Shown here: piece after piece, positions 49,070 through 59,356 of the stretch | Layout of the letters: each line of letters begins with the position of its first letter | How positions within the stretch are numbered: position 1 is the first letter of the stretch | Source of the DNA: Minisyncoccia bacterium | GTDB lineage: Bacteria; Patescibacteriota; Minisyncoccia; Phycocordibacterales; Zambryskibacteraceae | NCBI GenBank assembly: GCA_041742965.1 | Contig: JBGTNQ010000003.1 | Span: 12,483 to 76,482, forward strand | Direction of reading: 5' to 3' | Length of the DNA stretch: 64,000 nt | The notes under the pieces: generated by a model | The model's input: only the letters and a program-made list of their open reading frames with translations | What the model was told of the DNA's origin: nothing | The model's database searches: none | Program-made: the position numbers and the translations under genes

Positions 49070-49738
49070 TTAATTAAAATCTGAGTATTTACGCCAATAT
49101 TTATAAAGTATTTTGTTCCCTTTTTTTATCCTCAGATTGATATTTTTTTCATTTAGATTATTAAAACTACCAAAGTAATAATTCCAAATTCGCTTCTTTG
49201 TTGGTTTAGACATCTGAAACTTTACATTGTGCCAATGAAATTTCTGTAAAAACATTAAGATTATAAGATTATTTTTGTTCCTGTATTGATACAAAACTTT
49301 TTGAATATTTTTTACCATAATCTTCTCTCTTAGATACATTTTTACCCACCATTCAAAATGGGTTCCTCTACGGTAGGGTTTATGATTCTGATAACCACTT
49401 TTTTCTAGGTCTATCTTTAATAGTTCTGACGGACCGTCAACTTTATATAATTTGATATCGTGCCCGTTTTTCCAAAGAGTGGCAATATTATCATAAACAT
49501 AAATATCAGATTTTACCCATGGAAATTTTTTTGCAACCTGAAGTAGATCTTTCTTTTGCTTCTTTAGCCTATTTAGAGGCTTTCTTGATGGAGGAAATTT
49601 GTTGTATATGGAATCAGGTGTTTGGCTATTGTTGGGCGCTTCAAAGAAAATAATGTCAGGTTTGTGTCGTGTTATGGCATTTGCCTGACGCATATCCACG
49701 CCTTTTCTTTCTATGCAACTAAATTGATATATTTTCAC
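49070..49738 (-). CDS. Hypothetical protein, paralog of 9215-9889
   Basis: KPDIIFFEAP, WVKSDIYVYDNI, FLQKFHW. Confidence 0.8.
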   Translation of the reverse strand: MKIYQFSCIERKGVDMRQANAITRHKPDIIFFEAPNNSQTPDSIYNKFPPSRKPLNRLKKQKKDLLQVAKKFPWVKSDIYVYDNIATLWKNGHDIKLYKVDGPSELLKIDLEKSGYQNHKPYRRGTHFEWWVKMYLREKIMVKNIQKVLYQYRNKNNLIILMFLQKFHWHNVKFQMSKPTKKRIWNYYFGSFNNLNEKNINLRIKKGNKILYKYWRKYSDFN

Positions 49739-49849
49739 GTTTTTTATTCTTAAATTATTTTTTCTATAATCTCAATTTTGACGGAGCACTTCGCTAAAGG
49801 CTCAGCACCCTCGCAAAATCAAAGCCCTAATGTGTCGGGCTAGATTTTG

Positions 49850-49936
49850 CGGAGGGTAAGAGATTTGAACTCTTGAAGGACTTTCGCCCTTGCCACCTTT
49901 CCAAGGTGGTGCACTAGACCACTATGCGAACCCTCC
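49850..49936 (-). tRNA. tRNA-Ser(GGA)
   Basis: ggagggt/accctcc acceptor, ccacc-ttGGAaa-ggtgg, long variable arm. Confidence 0.95.
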
Positions 49937-50006
49937 GTGTTCAAAGAATACTACAATACTTTCTCATTTTTAAGAACGGTCTTCCAGTGAGTGGTATAAT
50001 GTATAT

Positions 50007-50396
50007 GTGAATGAATTTCTTAAAAAAGACTTAACACCAGAAGCGAAAAAAGTACTTTTTGAAAAAGGGACAGAGGTACCTTTTACTGGAAAGTATGTTC
50101 ATAGTAAAGATAAGGGAATGTATCACTGTGTAAATTGTGGTACAGAACTTTTTTCATCTGATGCCAAGTTTGATTCCGGAACGGGATGGCCTTCATTTGA
50201 TTCGGCAATAGAAGGGAAACTTATTCTTAAAGAAGATTCTTCTCTTGGTATAAAAAGAACAGAAGTTGTTTGTAAAAATTGCGGAGCTCATTTGGGCCAT
50301 GTCTTTGATGATGGGCCGACTGATACGGGGAAGAGGTATTGTATTAATTCAGTTTGCTTGGATTTAGAAAAAGAAAACAAAGATGAAAAACAATAA
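50007..50396 (+). CDS. msrB: Methionine-R-sulfoxide reductase
   Basis: [28 protein letters not shown]. Confidence 0.97.
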   Translation: MNEFLKKDLTPEAKKVLFEKGTEVPFTGKYVHSKDKGMYHCVNCGTELFSSDAKFDSGTGWPSFDSAIEGKLILKEDSSLGIKRTEVVCKNCGAHLGHVFDDGPTDTGKRYCINSVCLDLEKENKDEKQ

Positions 50397-51000
50397 TAGA
50401 AATTTTTTGATCGCTTTTGTAATCATCATCGCTTTGGGTGGATTTTTGCTTATTTCCCGCGACAGCTCTAAAGAGGAAAAAATTGAGAAAGAAAATGTTC
50501 AAGAAGAAGTCACTGCTCTGACAAACAAAACATATACAAACAAAAAATACGGATTTTCTTTTGAACATCCGGCAGAGTACGGTGTGATTGAATATTCAGC
50601 ATCTCAAATATCAGTAGGGGAGCCGACTACTCAAGGTTTCAGGTCAGTTGCTAATTTTTCTGTTTTTGAAAGTGGCTCAGACTCAATTCAGTCATTTGAA
50701 GAGTTTGTTTTGGATCAAGCTAGATTTTCATGTTCTTCAGAGGATCTTATGTGTTTAGAGATTGTCGATTTGCGTCCATTTTTCACATCCTCTCAAATAG
50801 ATGGTCAGAAGTTTTCCCTAATCGCCTATAGCCAAGATGGGGCAGAAAAGATCACATTCGGACCTTACTATACATTTAATATGTCGGACAGAACCCCTGG
50901 AGAAATGAGCTTTCTTATGATATCTAGGCCCAATACTATGATTTCAGGAGGTACCGATACGAAGATAATAGATGCTATTGCTTTAAGCTTAAAAATTTAA
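50383..51000 (+). CDS. Hypothetical membrane-anchored protein
   Basis: N-terminal TM; [11 protein letters not shown] motif. Confidence 0.7.
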   Translation: MKNNNRNFLIAFVIIIALGGFLLISRDSSKEEKIEKENVQEEVTALTNKTYTNKKYGFSFEHPAEYGVIEYSASQISVGEPTTQGFRSVANFSVFESGSDSIQSFEEFVLDQARFSCSSEDLMCLEIVDLRPFFTSSQIDGQKFSLIAYSQDGAEKITFGPYYTFNMSDRTPGEMSFLMISRPNTMISGGTDTKIIDAIALSLKI

Positions 51001-51317
51001 GGTAAAGCTGGAATACAACTTGGAAACTCGGTTTCCAAGCGAGGCGGTGTTTTGTGGAGGGGAATTGCTTTGCTTGGCCCTGTAGTAGATTTTGGTCTCA
51101 CAGCAAGCTGAAGAGCCCTACCAAGCCCTCCCCTTGGTATTCTCAGACCACAGCTATAAGCTTGCCAAAGGGTTGACATAAAATCTGTATTTGCTATAAT
51201 TAAGGTATGTAGGTGTTCTCCCAGTTCTCCTTCAGGCGCCGTTTGGTTTCCGTGGAAGAAGCAAGAGAGTTCTCGCCGCCTTACATATTAGTAACTAGTA
51301 GGCGAGAGAAATTTAGA

Positions 51318-51605
51318 ATGGCAAAGAAGTTGTATGTTGGAGGTATTCCTTACTCAAGTACGGATGCCGATCTCCGCGATGCGTTTGCACAAGCTGGAGA
51401 TGTTACCTCAGCGACCATAATTATGGATCGTATGAGTGGCAGATCAAAAGGATTCGGATTTGTTGAAATGACAAATGACGATGACGCAGCAAAGGCAATC
51501 GATTTGTGGAACGGAAAAGATTTTCAAGGACGAAAACTTACCGTCAACGAAGCACGACCAATGGAACCCCGAGCACCACGCGAAGGAGGAAATAACAATT
51601 GGTAA
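51318..51605 (+). CDS. RRM RNA-binding protein
   Basis: RNP2 LYVGGI, RNP1 KGFGFVEM, VNEARP; promoter 51173-51200, terminator 51613-51648. Confidence 0.95.
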   Translation: MAKKLYVGGIPYSSTDADLRDAFAQAGDVTSATIIMDRMSGRSKGFGFVEMTNDDDAAKAIDLWNGKDFQGRKLTVNEARPMEPRAPREGGNNNW

Positions 51606-51660
51606 TGTAAAACAAAAACCCCTCTGCTAAAGCAGAGGGGTTTTTGTTATGATTAAAGAT

Positions 51661-52122
51661 ATGAATCAAAAGAAATTATTTTTCATATTCTTTGCAATAG
51701 TTTTTCTATCTTTTGTATATCTTTTTTCTTTTAACAGAGAAGAAGTTTCTCTGGTAGCACCTCTAGAGTTTGAAAAAGTTGGAACCATTGGAGATATAGA
51801 GATATCTCTGACTCTTGCAGATTCTGTATCAAAACAAACACAAGGTTTATCACTGCAAAAGGAGCTTCCCGAAAATCATGGACTACTTTTCATCTTTGAA
51901 TCAGAGGGAAGGCATCCTATTTGGATGAAAGACATGCTCTTTTCTATAGATGTCTTATGGTTCAATGAAAAAAAAGAGTTAGTTTTTGTTTATGAGAACT
52001 TTTCTCCAGAGTCTTTTCCTCTAGCGGTCGACTCTCCAGTCCCTTCACTTTTTGTTTTAGAGGTGCCAGCAGGTTTTGTTAAGGAGAGGGGTGTCAAAAT
52101 TGGTGATACTCTTTCTTTTTGA
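51661..52122 (+). CDS. DUF192 family protein
   Basis: QGLS, GLLFIF, IWMKDM.F.ID, VLEVPAG. Confidence 0.85.
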   Translation: MNQKKLFFIFFAIVFLSFVYLFSFNREEVSLVAPLEFEKVGTIGDIEISLTLADSVSKQTQGLSLQKELPENHGLLFIFESEGRHPIWMKDMLFSIDVLWFNEKKELVFVYENFSPESFPLAVDSPVPSLFVLEVPAGFVKERGVKIGDTLSF

Positions 52123-52288
52123 TTTTATCACTCAACTTTCATATAAAAGCTTTAACCCAGACCTTGTTTTTATCTAGAAAAATTATTTTTTCATAAAAAA
52201 AGAGGCGCCTTAGATAGAACTCTAGCCGTCTTATGGTGACTATCTTTACACTTTCAAATTTATGTTTCGTGAGTGTCTATCTAATCTG

Positions 52289-52297
52289 TTATCCACA
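52289..52297 (+). promoter_or_regulatory. DnaA box upstream of nrdAB
   Basis: Perfect TTATCCACA in an AT-rich intergenic region. Confidence 0.45.
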
Positions 52298-52465
52298 TAA
52301 GATATCTTCAAAAATTTTCTAAAATATAGAAACGAATTTGTGGTTTTTGATTTTTTTCTTGTTGTTTTTTGCAAAAATTAGTGTTTTTTTGCAAAAAAAG
52401 ATGAAAATTATTCAAAATATTAAAAAATTGTCTTTCATTATTAATTTTTTTATTTTCTTCATCAT

Positions 52466-55147
52466 ATGAGTCTTCACATCACCAAGCGCGACGGGACAAA
52501 AGAGTTGTTCAATGCAGATAAGATAAATAAATCTATTGAACGAGCTTGTATCGGTTTAACAAATCCCATAGGCATGGTGACTCAGATAGCCACTGACACT
52601 CGTTTGACTCTATATGATGGAATCACCACTGCAGAGATGGATCAAGCGACCATTAATGCTTCTGTCCAAAACATAAAAGAAGATACTGATTATGACAGAG
52701 TAGCCGTGCGTCTGCTTCTCAAAACTATATATAAACAAGTTGTCGGTGATTATGATGCAGATGATGCAGATGACTTGAGCAAAAAACACAGAGAGAGTTT
52801 TATGAATTACGTTAAGGATGGAGTATCTGCAAACAGACTTCATCCAGACATGGTTAAGAAATATGATCTTGAAGAACTTGCAAATACTTTGCGTATTGAA
52901 AGAGATGAACTTTTTCAATACGCAGGCTTGGATGGATTGTTAAACAGATATGCAATAAAAGATTTAAATCAAAAACCCCTAGAGACTCCACAATACTTTT
53001 TTATGAGAGTTGCGATGGGACTTTCATACAACGAAGACAACCCAACTGAATGGGCAAAAAAGTTTTATCACAAAATGTCTAAGCTCGAGTACTTGGCAGG
53101 TGGTTCTACTAATCTCGGTGCCGGAACTGTACGCCCCGCGCTTTCAAATTGTTTTCTTATGGAAGTTCACGATGACATGGGACACATTGCAAAATCAGTT
53201 GCCGATGTCATGCTCCTGTCCAAAGGATCTGGGGGCTTAGGTGTAGCGATGACAAAACTTCGTTCCGCTGGCTCACCGCTCAAGTCAAATTTTGGCGGTG
53301 CATCTACCGGACCGACACCGTTTGCAAAGATTATGGATACAGCTATCCGAGCTATTCAGAGAGGAGGAAAGAAAAAGGGGGCACTTTGTTTCTATATGGA
53401 GAACTGGCACTTGGATTTTCCCGAGTTTATTGACTGGAAACACAATGCTGGTGACGACTATATGAGAATGAGAACAGCTAATACCGCTGGATTCTTGTCT
53501 GACGAATTTATGAAAAGGGTTCATTCGGCAGATTCTTGGTATATGTTTGACCCTGCAGAAACCCCAGATTTAAATGAGCTTTATGGAGAAGCTTTTTCAC
53601 AGAGGTATTGCGAGTATGTTGAGATGGCTGAAGCAGGCAAGCTTCGGGCATTTAGAAAGGTGCCGGCCCAAGAGCAGTTCCGTCATATCCTAGTTGCCCT
53701 TCAAGGGACTTCGCATCCTTGGATAGTGTGGAAGGACAGCATTAACCTTCGTGCGTTAAACAACAATACTGGCACCATTCATATGTCTAACTTGTGCACA
53801 GAGATTTGTCTTCCTCAAGATAGAGAAAATGTTGCTGTGTGTAATCTAGCGTCACTAAATTTAGCAGCTCATATTGCGAGCAAGGAAGTAAACTGGATGA
53901 AGCTCGAAGAGTCAGTTCGTCTTGCTGTTCGTCAGTTAGACAACCTTATTGATATTAATCAGCTTCCTATTCCTGAAGCAGTAAAGTCAGATAGGGAAAA
54001 TAGGGCGGTTGGTTTAGGGGTTATGGGATTCTCTGATGCGATTGAACAATTAGGACTTTCTTATGATTCTGAATCCGCATGGGATTTTGCTGACAGAATT
54101 TTTGAATTTATAAGTTATATGGCAATAGACGAATCAGCAAATCTCGCGAAGGTAAGGGGGAGCTACACACACTTCAAGGGATCTGAATGGTCAAAGGGTA
54201 AAGTTCCAGTAGACACCCTTTCTGTTTTGGAAGAAGGAAGAGGTCGTCCACTTACTGTTTCTAAAGAAAGTAGACACAAGGGTCTTGATTGGGATATCTT
54301 GAGAGAAAAAGTGAAAGGTGGAGTTAGGAATGCAACACTTATGGCAGTAGCTCCAAATGCAAACATTGGTCTTGTCGCCGGCACTACGCCCGGTATTGAC
54401 CCTAGATTTGCTCAAGTTTTTGCTAGAAATAAAATATCTGGAAAATATTTTGATATAAATCACAATCTTGTTAAGGATTTAAAAAATATGGGAATTTGGG
54501 ACAAGGTAAAAGGGGACATCGTTGAACAACAAGGAGATATTTCTAATATCGATTTGATTCCTCCGCATCTCAAAGAAATTTATAAAACATCCTTCACTAC
54601 ATCACCTTTTGCTTTTATTGAAGTTGCGGCTCGTGCACAGAAATGGGTTGACCAGGCTTTGTCTAGAAATATGTATCTTGAAACTAGGGATATTGATGAA
54701 ACTATGAGGATTTATCAGACGGCTTGGGACAAGGGACTCAAGAGTACTTATTATCTCCATATGAAGCCTAGACATACAGCAGAGCAGAGTACCGTAGTTG
54801 TAAACAAGGCTCAAAAGATAGGAAAACTGGGTTTCGGCGCCATAAAGAGAAGTACAGAATCATCTATTTCCCCACAACCTTTTTCAGCTCCATTACAAAA
54901 AGGACTTGAAATTCCTAAAGAATCACCAATCCTAGTTTCTGAGAAAGCTCCAGCACAAGAGGCTTTAAATGCTAGCAATGTTGTTTCTGTAGCCAAGAAA
55001 GAAACTTTAGAAAAACAAACTAAACCACGTGGTTTCGTATCTTTGGAATCCTTAAAAGAGTCGGTTCCTGTAGCAGTGGCCGATGATAAACCATTTGTGT
55101 GCCCAATAGATCCAGCGGAAAGAGAGCAGTGTGATTCGTGTCAGTAA
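52466..55147 (+). CDS. nrdA: Class I ribonucleotide reductase alpha subunit with ATP cone
   Basis: ITKRDG ATP cone, SNCF, SNLCTEI, VCNLAS, STYY, C-terminal CDSC. Confidence 0.96.
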   Translation: MSLHITKRDGTKELFNADKINKSIERACIGLTNPIGMVTQIATDTRLTLYDGITTAEMDQATINASVQNIKEDTDYDRVAVRLLLKTIYKQVVGDYDADDADDLSKKHRESFMNYVKDGVSANRLHPDMVKKYDLEELANTLRIERDELFQYAGLDGLLNRYAIKDLNQKPLETPQYFFMRVAMGLSYNEDNPTEWAKKFYHKMSKLEYLAGGSTNLGAGTVRPALSNCFLMEVHDDMGHIAKSVADVMLLSKGSGGLGVAMTKLRSAGSPLKSNFGGASTGPTPFAKIMDTAIRAIQRGGKKKGALCFYMENWHLDFPEFIDWKHNAGDDYMRMRTANTAGFLSDEFMKRVHSADSWYMFDPAETPDLNELYGEAFSQRYCEYVEMAEAGKLRAFRKVPAQEQFRHILVALQGTSHPWIVWKDSINLRALNNNTGTIHMSNLCTEICLPQDRENVAVCNLASLNLAAHIASKEVNWMKLEESVRLAVRQLDNLIDINQLPIPEAVKSDRENRAVGLGVMGFSDAIEQLGLSYDSESAWDFADRIFEFISYMAIDESANLAKVRGSYTHFKGSEWSKGKVPVDTLSVLEEGRGRPLTVSKESRHKGLDWDILREKVKGGVRNATLMAVAPNANIGLVAGTTPGIDPRFAQVFARNKISGKYFDINHNLVKDLKNMGIWDKVKGDIVEQQGDISNIDLIPPHLKEIYKTSFTTSPFAFIEVAARAQKWVDQALSRNMYLETRDIDETMRIYQTAWDKGLKSTYYLHMKPRHTAEQSTVVVNKAQKIGKLGFGAIKRSTESSISPQPFSAPLQKGLEIPKESPILVSEKAPAQEALNASNVVSVAKKETLEKQTKPRGFVSLESLKESVPVAVADDKPFVCPIDPAEREQCDSCQ

Positions 55148-55178
55148 CAAACTTTAATAGGTAATCTAAATAAAATAT

Positions 55179-56192
55179 ATGGCGCTCATAGGAAAAGCTT
55201 CCCCAGAAGATATGAATCTACACCCCTTCCACTATCAGTGGGCGTATGATTTATATAATCAAGCTGTACGAAATACTTGGTTTCCTCACGAAATTGCTCT
55301 CAAGGAAGATTTGGATGACTGGCAAAAAATGACAGAGGAAGAAAGGCATGCGGTGAAATTTCTTATGGCTTTTTTTAATCCAGCTGAACTTATTGTCAAT
55401 CGTTCTATTGCGCTGGGCATCTATCCATATTTGAAATCTCCAGAGTGTCACCTCTATCTTGCTAAACAGATGTGGGAAGAAGCTAACCACTGTGTTGCAT
55501 TTGAGTATGTACTTGAGACCTTTCCCTTCGATAGAGAAAAAATATTTAACACCCATCTTGAGGTTCCTTCTATGGTTGCCAAGGAAGCGTATATAAACAA
55601 ATATATGAAGCGAATGACCGAAGATACTCTCGATATCACTTCAACCGAAGGAAAAAAAGATTTTATAAGAAACTTGGTGGCGACAAATATTGTGATGGAA
55701 GGAATTTGGTTTTATTCTGGGTTTATGGTGGCTTTATCATTTCGCCAGAGAAACCAACTCCGAAACTTTGGTTCAATGATAAACTGGGTTTTGAGAGACG
55801 AGTCTCTTCATCTTAAATTTGGCATTAACTTGGTTCACAATGTTTTAGAAGAAAACCCCGAGCTTTTGACTGAAGAGTTTGCAGATGAAATAAAAAGTAT
55901 TGTTGTTGAGGGTGTGGATCTTGAGACCGCATACAATAAAGATTTGTTTCCGAATGGAATTTTAGGGCTCAATGCTGACTATGTGAATCAGTATGTGCAA
56001 TATGTTGCCGATAGGAGATTAGAAGAGCTAGGCCTTCCAAAGGTATATAATGCTACAAACCCTGCAAAATGGATGAGTACGGCTACGGATGTGTTTGAGC
56101 TCGTGAACTTCTTTGAGGCTCAAAATACTAGCTATGAGGTGGATGCTCGGTCGCATACAGATAAGGTAGAGGATAAGCCGAAGGAAGAATAG
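55179..56192 (+). CDS. nrdB: Ribonucleotide reductase beta subunit (class Ic-like)
   Basis: EANH, EGIWFYSGF, RDESLH, NFFE; Phe at the radical-Tyr position. Confidence 0.94.
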   Translation: MALIGKASPEDMNLHPFHYQWAYDLYNQAVRNTWFPHEIALKEDLDDWQKMTEEERHAVKFLMAFFNPAELIVNRSIALGIYPYLKSPECHLYLAKQMWEEANHCVAFEYVLETFPFDREKIFNTHLEVPSMVAKEAYINKYMKRMTEDTLDITSTEGKKDFIRNLVATNIVMEGIWFYSGFMVALSFRQRNQLRNFGSMINWVLRDESLHLKFGINLVHNVLEENPELLTEEFADEIKSIVVEGVDLETAYNKDLFPNGILGLNADYVNQYVQYVADRRLEELGLPKVYNATNPAKWMSTATDVFELVNFFEAQNTSYEVDARSHTDKVEDKPKEE

Positions 56193-56267
56193 TTTTTTAG
56201 CAAAAGGCGGGCACAAACCCGCCCCTTTGCTATAATAAAAACATCTTATTATTTATTTAATTTTTTT

Positions 56268-57299
56268 ATGCAGAAAATCAGAGTCGCTATTAATGGAGCA
56301 GGTCGTATTGGTAGGGCCTTTATGAAAGTCGCCCACGACAGACCAGAGATTGATATTGTCGCAATAAATGACCTCGGCGACGCAGAAAATATTGCTTATT
56401 TAATCAAGTACGATTCTGTCTATGGCAAAGCCCCTTTTGAGGTTACGGTTAGTGATGATGGGAAGAAAATAATTTTAGGTCATGATGAGACAATTTTCCT
56501 TTCTGAAAAAGAGCCCGCCAATCTACCTTGGAAAGACCTGGATATTGATGTGGTGGTTGAATCTACGGGCTTTTTTACAAGTTTTGAAAAAGCAAAAGCT
56601 CATCTTGATGCTGGAGCAAAAAAAGTGGTGGTGACAGCACCAATGAAGGATGACCCTAGTCCAGAAGTTCCTGGGGCAACAATTCTTATGGGAGTAAACG
56701 ACGAAAAGCTTTCAACCTGTACTATAAGCTCAAACGCATCTTGCACTACAAACTCTGCTAGCCCTCTCATTGCAATTTTAGATGAAGCTCTCGGAATTGA
56801 AAAAGCTATTTTAAACACTGTACACGGATATACAGCTACGCAGTCTCTTGTAGATGGCCCAGCAAAAAAAGGTTTTAGAGAGGGAAGGGCCGCTGCGCAA
56901 AATATCGTTCCTTCTTCAACTGGAGCGGCAATTGCTGTGACAAAAGCATTCCCGAAGCTCGAAGGTCTTTTTGACGGAGTCTCAATGAGAGTTCCTGTCA
57001 TTGCTGGCTCAATAGTTGATGTGACTTTTATTTCAAAAAAAGAAACTACGAAAGAAGAGGTGAATGCAATTTTGAAAAAAGCTTCAAAGGAAGAGCGGTG
57101 GAAAGGAATTTTTACTGTGACCGAAGAAGATTTGGTATCAAGTGATATTTTAGGAAGTCCTTATGGCTCAATTGCTGATTTAGATTTAACTAGGGTCATT
57201 GGAGGAAATCTGGTCAAGGTTTGTGCTTGGTATGATAACGAAATGGGATATACACACACACTTGTTAATCATGTGATAAAGGCGGGGGGTTTAGTATAA
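56268..57299 (+). CDS. gap: Glyceraldehyde-3-phosphate dehydrogenase type I
   Basis: GAGRIGR, NASCTTN, WYDNE. Confidence 0.97.
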   Translation: MQKIRVAINGAGRIGRAFMKVAHDRPEIDIVAINDLGDAENIAYLIKYDSVYGKAPFEVTVSDDGKKIILGHDETIFLSEKEPANLPWKDLDIDVVVESTGFFTSFEKAKAHLDAGAKKVVVTAPMKDDPSPEVPGATILMGVNDEKLSTCTISSNASCTTNSASPLIAILDEALGIEKAILNTVHGYTATQSLVDGPAKKGFREGRAAAQNIVPSSTGAAIAVTKAFPKLEGLFDGVSMRVPVIAGSIVDVTFISKKETTKEEVNAILKKASKEERWKGIFTVTEEDLVSSDILGSPYGSIADLDLTRVIGGNLVKVCAWYDNEMGYTHTLVNHVIKAGGLV

Positions 57300-57307
57300 T
57301 CAGACTG

Positions 57308-57778
57308 ATGAAAATCTTTATAGGTAGTGACCACGCCGGCCTTGCTCAAAAAGAGAGAATTATAGAGTCCCTTGGTGTTATTGGGCATGAAGTTGTTGAT
57401 TGTGGCGCTTTTGAATATGACGAAAATGATGATTATCCGGACTTCGTTATTCCTGTGGCTCGTGAAGTTTCTAAGAATCCTGAAAATGTAAAAGGCATTG
57501 TTCTCGGTGGTTCTGGTCAAGGGGAGGCGATTGTGGCTAATCGTTTTCCCAATGTTCGCGCAGTGGTTTTTTACGGCAATAAAAGTTCTCTTGCTGGTCC
57601 AATTACCAATTTGGAATTGACTCGTCAACACAATAACGCCAATGTTTTGGCCCTAGGTTCGCGTTTTATTACCGATGAAGAAGCAGTGGAAGCGGTGGAG
57701 CTTTGGCTGGATACTCCATTTTCAAATGGGGAGAGACATAAGAGAAGGATAAATAAAATTGAGAAGTTCCCTGACTAA
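57308..57778 (+). CDS. rpiB: Ribose-5-phosphate isomerase B family
   Basis: GSDHAG, DYPD, GGSGQGE, RQHNNANVL. Confidence 0.93.
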   Translation: MKIFIGSDHAGLAQKERIIESLGVIGHEVVDCGAFEYDENDDYPDFVIPVAREVSKNPENVKGIVLGGSGQGEAIVANRFPNVRAVVFYGNKSSLAGPITNLELTRQHNNANVLALGSRFITDEEAVEAVELWLDTPFSNGERHKRRINKIEKFPD

Positions 57779-57779
57779 A

Positions 57780-58487
57780 ATGACTGAAATAATTCCAGCA
57801 ATTATTCCACAGAGTTTTGATGATTTGAAAGATAAACTTTCTTTGGTTTCTGGATTAGTGCCGATTGTGCAGGTAGACATTTTAGACGGAAAACTTACGA
57901 GCGAAAAGTCGTGGCCATATCTACGAACTCCCGATTCTGATTTTTTGAGAATTATTCAAGAAGAAGAAGGTTTTCCATATTGGGAAGAAGTAGATTTTGA
58001 GGTAGATCTAATGGTTAGTGATCCAGATTCTTGTGTCCAAGAATGGGTTTCTGCTGGAGCGAAAAGAATTATTGTGCACTTTGAGTCTTTTACAGATGAA
58101 GGAACCGCACTTTCTTTTGTAAAATCGTTTAAGGAGAGATTTGGAGGCAATGGATCTTTTTTGGCGATAGAACTCGGTTTGGCTATAGATATAAATACAG
58201 ATTTAAGAGTTCTGGATTCAATCGTTGAATATATTGATTTTATACAATGTATGGGTATTTCCGTTATAGGAAGACAAGGTGAGCCCTTCGATGAGAGGGT
58301 GATTCAAAAAATAAAAAATATTCATGAAAAATACCCAGATATGATTGTAAGTGTTGACGGAGGGGTGAATTTAGATTCCGCTCCCAAACTTATAGAGGCT
58401 GGAGCAGATAGACTTGTGGCCGGTTCAGCTATATTTGGAAGCGATGATATACTTGGTACAATAGAGGAATTAGAGAATATAAAATGA
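57780..58487 (+). CDS. rpe: Ribulose-phosphate 3-epimerase
   Basis: QVDILDG, EVDLMV, VDGGVN, VAGSAIF. Confidence 0.88.
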   Translation: MTEIIPAIIPQSFDDLKDKLSLVSGLVPIVQVDILDGKLTSEKSWPYLRTPDSDFLRIIQEEEGFPYWEEVDFEVDLMVSDPDSCVQEWVSAGAKRIIVHFESFTDEGTALSFVKSFKERFGGNGSFLAIELGLAIDINTDLRVLDSIVEYIDFIQCMGISVIGRQGEPFDERVIQKIKNIHEKYPDMIVSVDGGVNLDSAPKLIEAGADRLVAGSAIFGSDDILGTIEELENIK

Positions 58488-59356
58488 CAGTCCTTACAGA
58501 AGAAAAGAAAAATGAATTGGCTGAAAAAGCTAATCTAATACGTCAGTCAATTATAGAAATGCTTCTTGAAGCAAAGAGTGGCCACACCGCCGGCCCCCTT
58601 GGTATGACGGATGTTTTTACACTTCTTTTTTTCCATCAACTTAATCACGATCCAAAGAACCCATCTTGGGAAAATCGCGACAGGGTCGTCCTTTCAAACG
58701 GACACATTTGCCCCGTGCTTTATGCCACCATGGCGCATGCCGGATATTTTTCTCTTGATGAACTGAAGACCCTCCGAAAATTCGGGAGCATTCTTCAGGG
58801 GCATCCACATAGAGAATTTTTACCATCACTTGAGACTTCTTCTGGTCCTTTGGCATCTGGCCTTTCGCAAGCTGTAGGTATGGCTTTGGCAGACAGGATT
58901 GATAATGGTGTTGAGTCTCAAAAAAGAATATTTTGTTTAATGTCGGATGGAGAGCAGGAGTCAGGTCAAATCTGGGAAGCGGGGATGCTTGCCGGAAAGG
59001 AGAAGCTCCGCAATTTAGTTGGAATAATTGATCGCAATAATATCCAGATAGATGGATATACAGAAGACATCATGCCGTTAGAACCCTTTGCCGATAAATG
59101 GAGAGCGTGGAATTGGCATGTTATTGAGGTGGATGGACATAATTTTGAAGAAATAAATGATGCCATACAACAAGCCAAGGCTGTTTTTGAAAAACCGACT
59201 ATGATAATCGCTCGCACAATCCCCGGAAAAGGTGTCAAAGAATTTGAGAGAAAGTATGAGTGGCATGGAAAGCCCCCCAATAAAGAAGAGGCTGAAATGG
59301 CTTTGAAAGAGCTTAGAAGTTTGGGTGGAAAAATCGCTGGATATCACAATGATTAA
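58484..59356 (+). CDS. Transketolase, N-terminal subunit
   Basis: SGH, LSNGH, LQGHP, SDGEQESG TPP motif. Confidence 0.94.
   Translation: MTVLTEEKKNELAEKANLIRQSIIEMLLEAKSGHTAGPLGMTDVFTLLFFHQLNHDPKNPSWENRDRVVLSNGHICPVLYATMAHAGYFSLDELKTLRKFGSILQGHPHREFLPSLETSSGPLASGLSQAVGMALADRIDNGVESQKRIFCLMSDGEQESGQIWEAGMLAGKEKLRNLVGIIDRNNIQIDGYTEDIMPLEPFADKWRAWNWHVIEVDGHNFEEINDAIQQAKAVFEKPTMIIARTIPGKGVKEFERKYEWHGKPPNKEEAEMALKELRSLGGKIAGYHND

Noticed and set aside
52123-52465. Replication origin
   Set aside because: Only one clear DnaA box and no dnaA/dnaN nearby; more simply an nrdAB regulatory region
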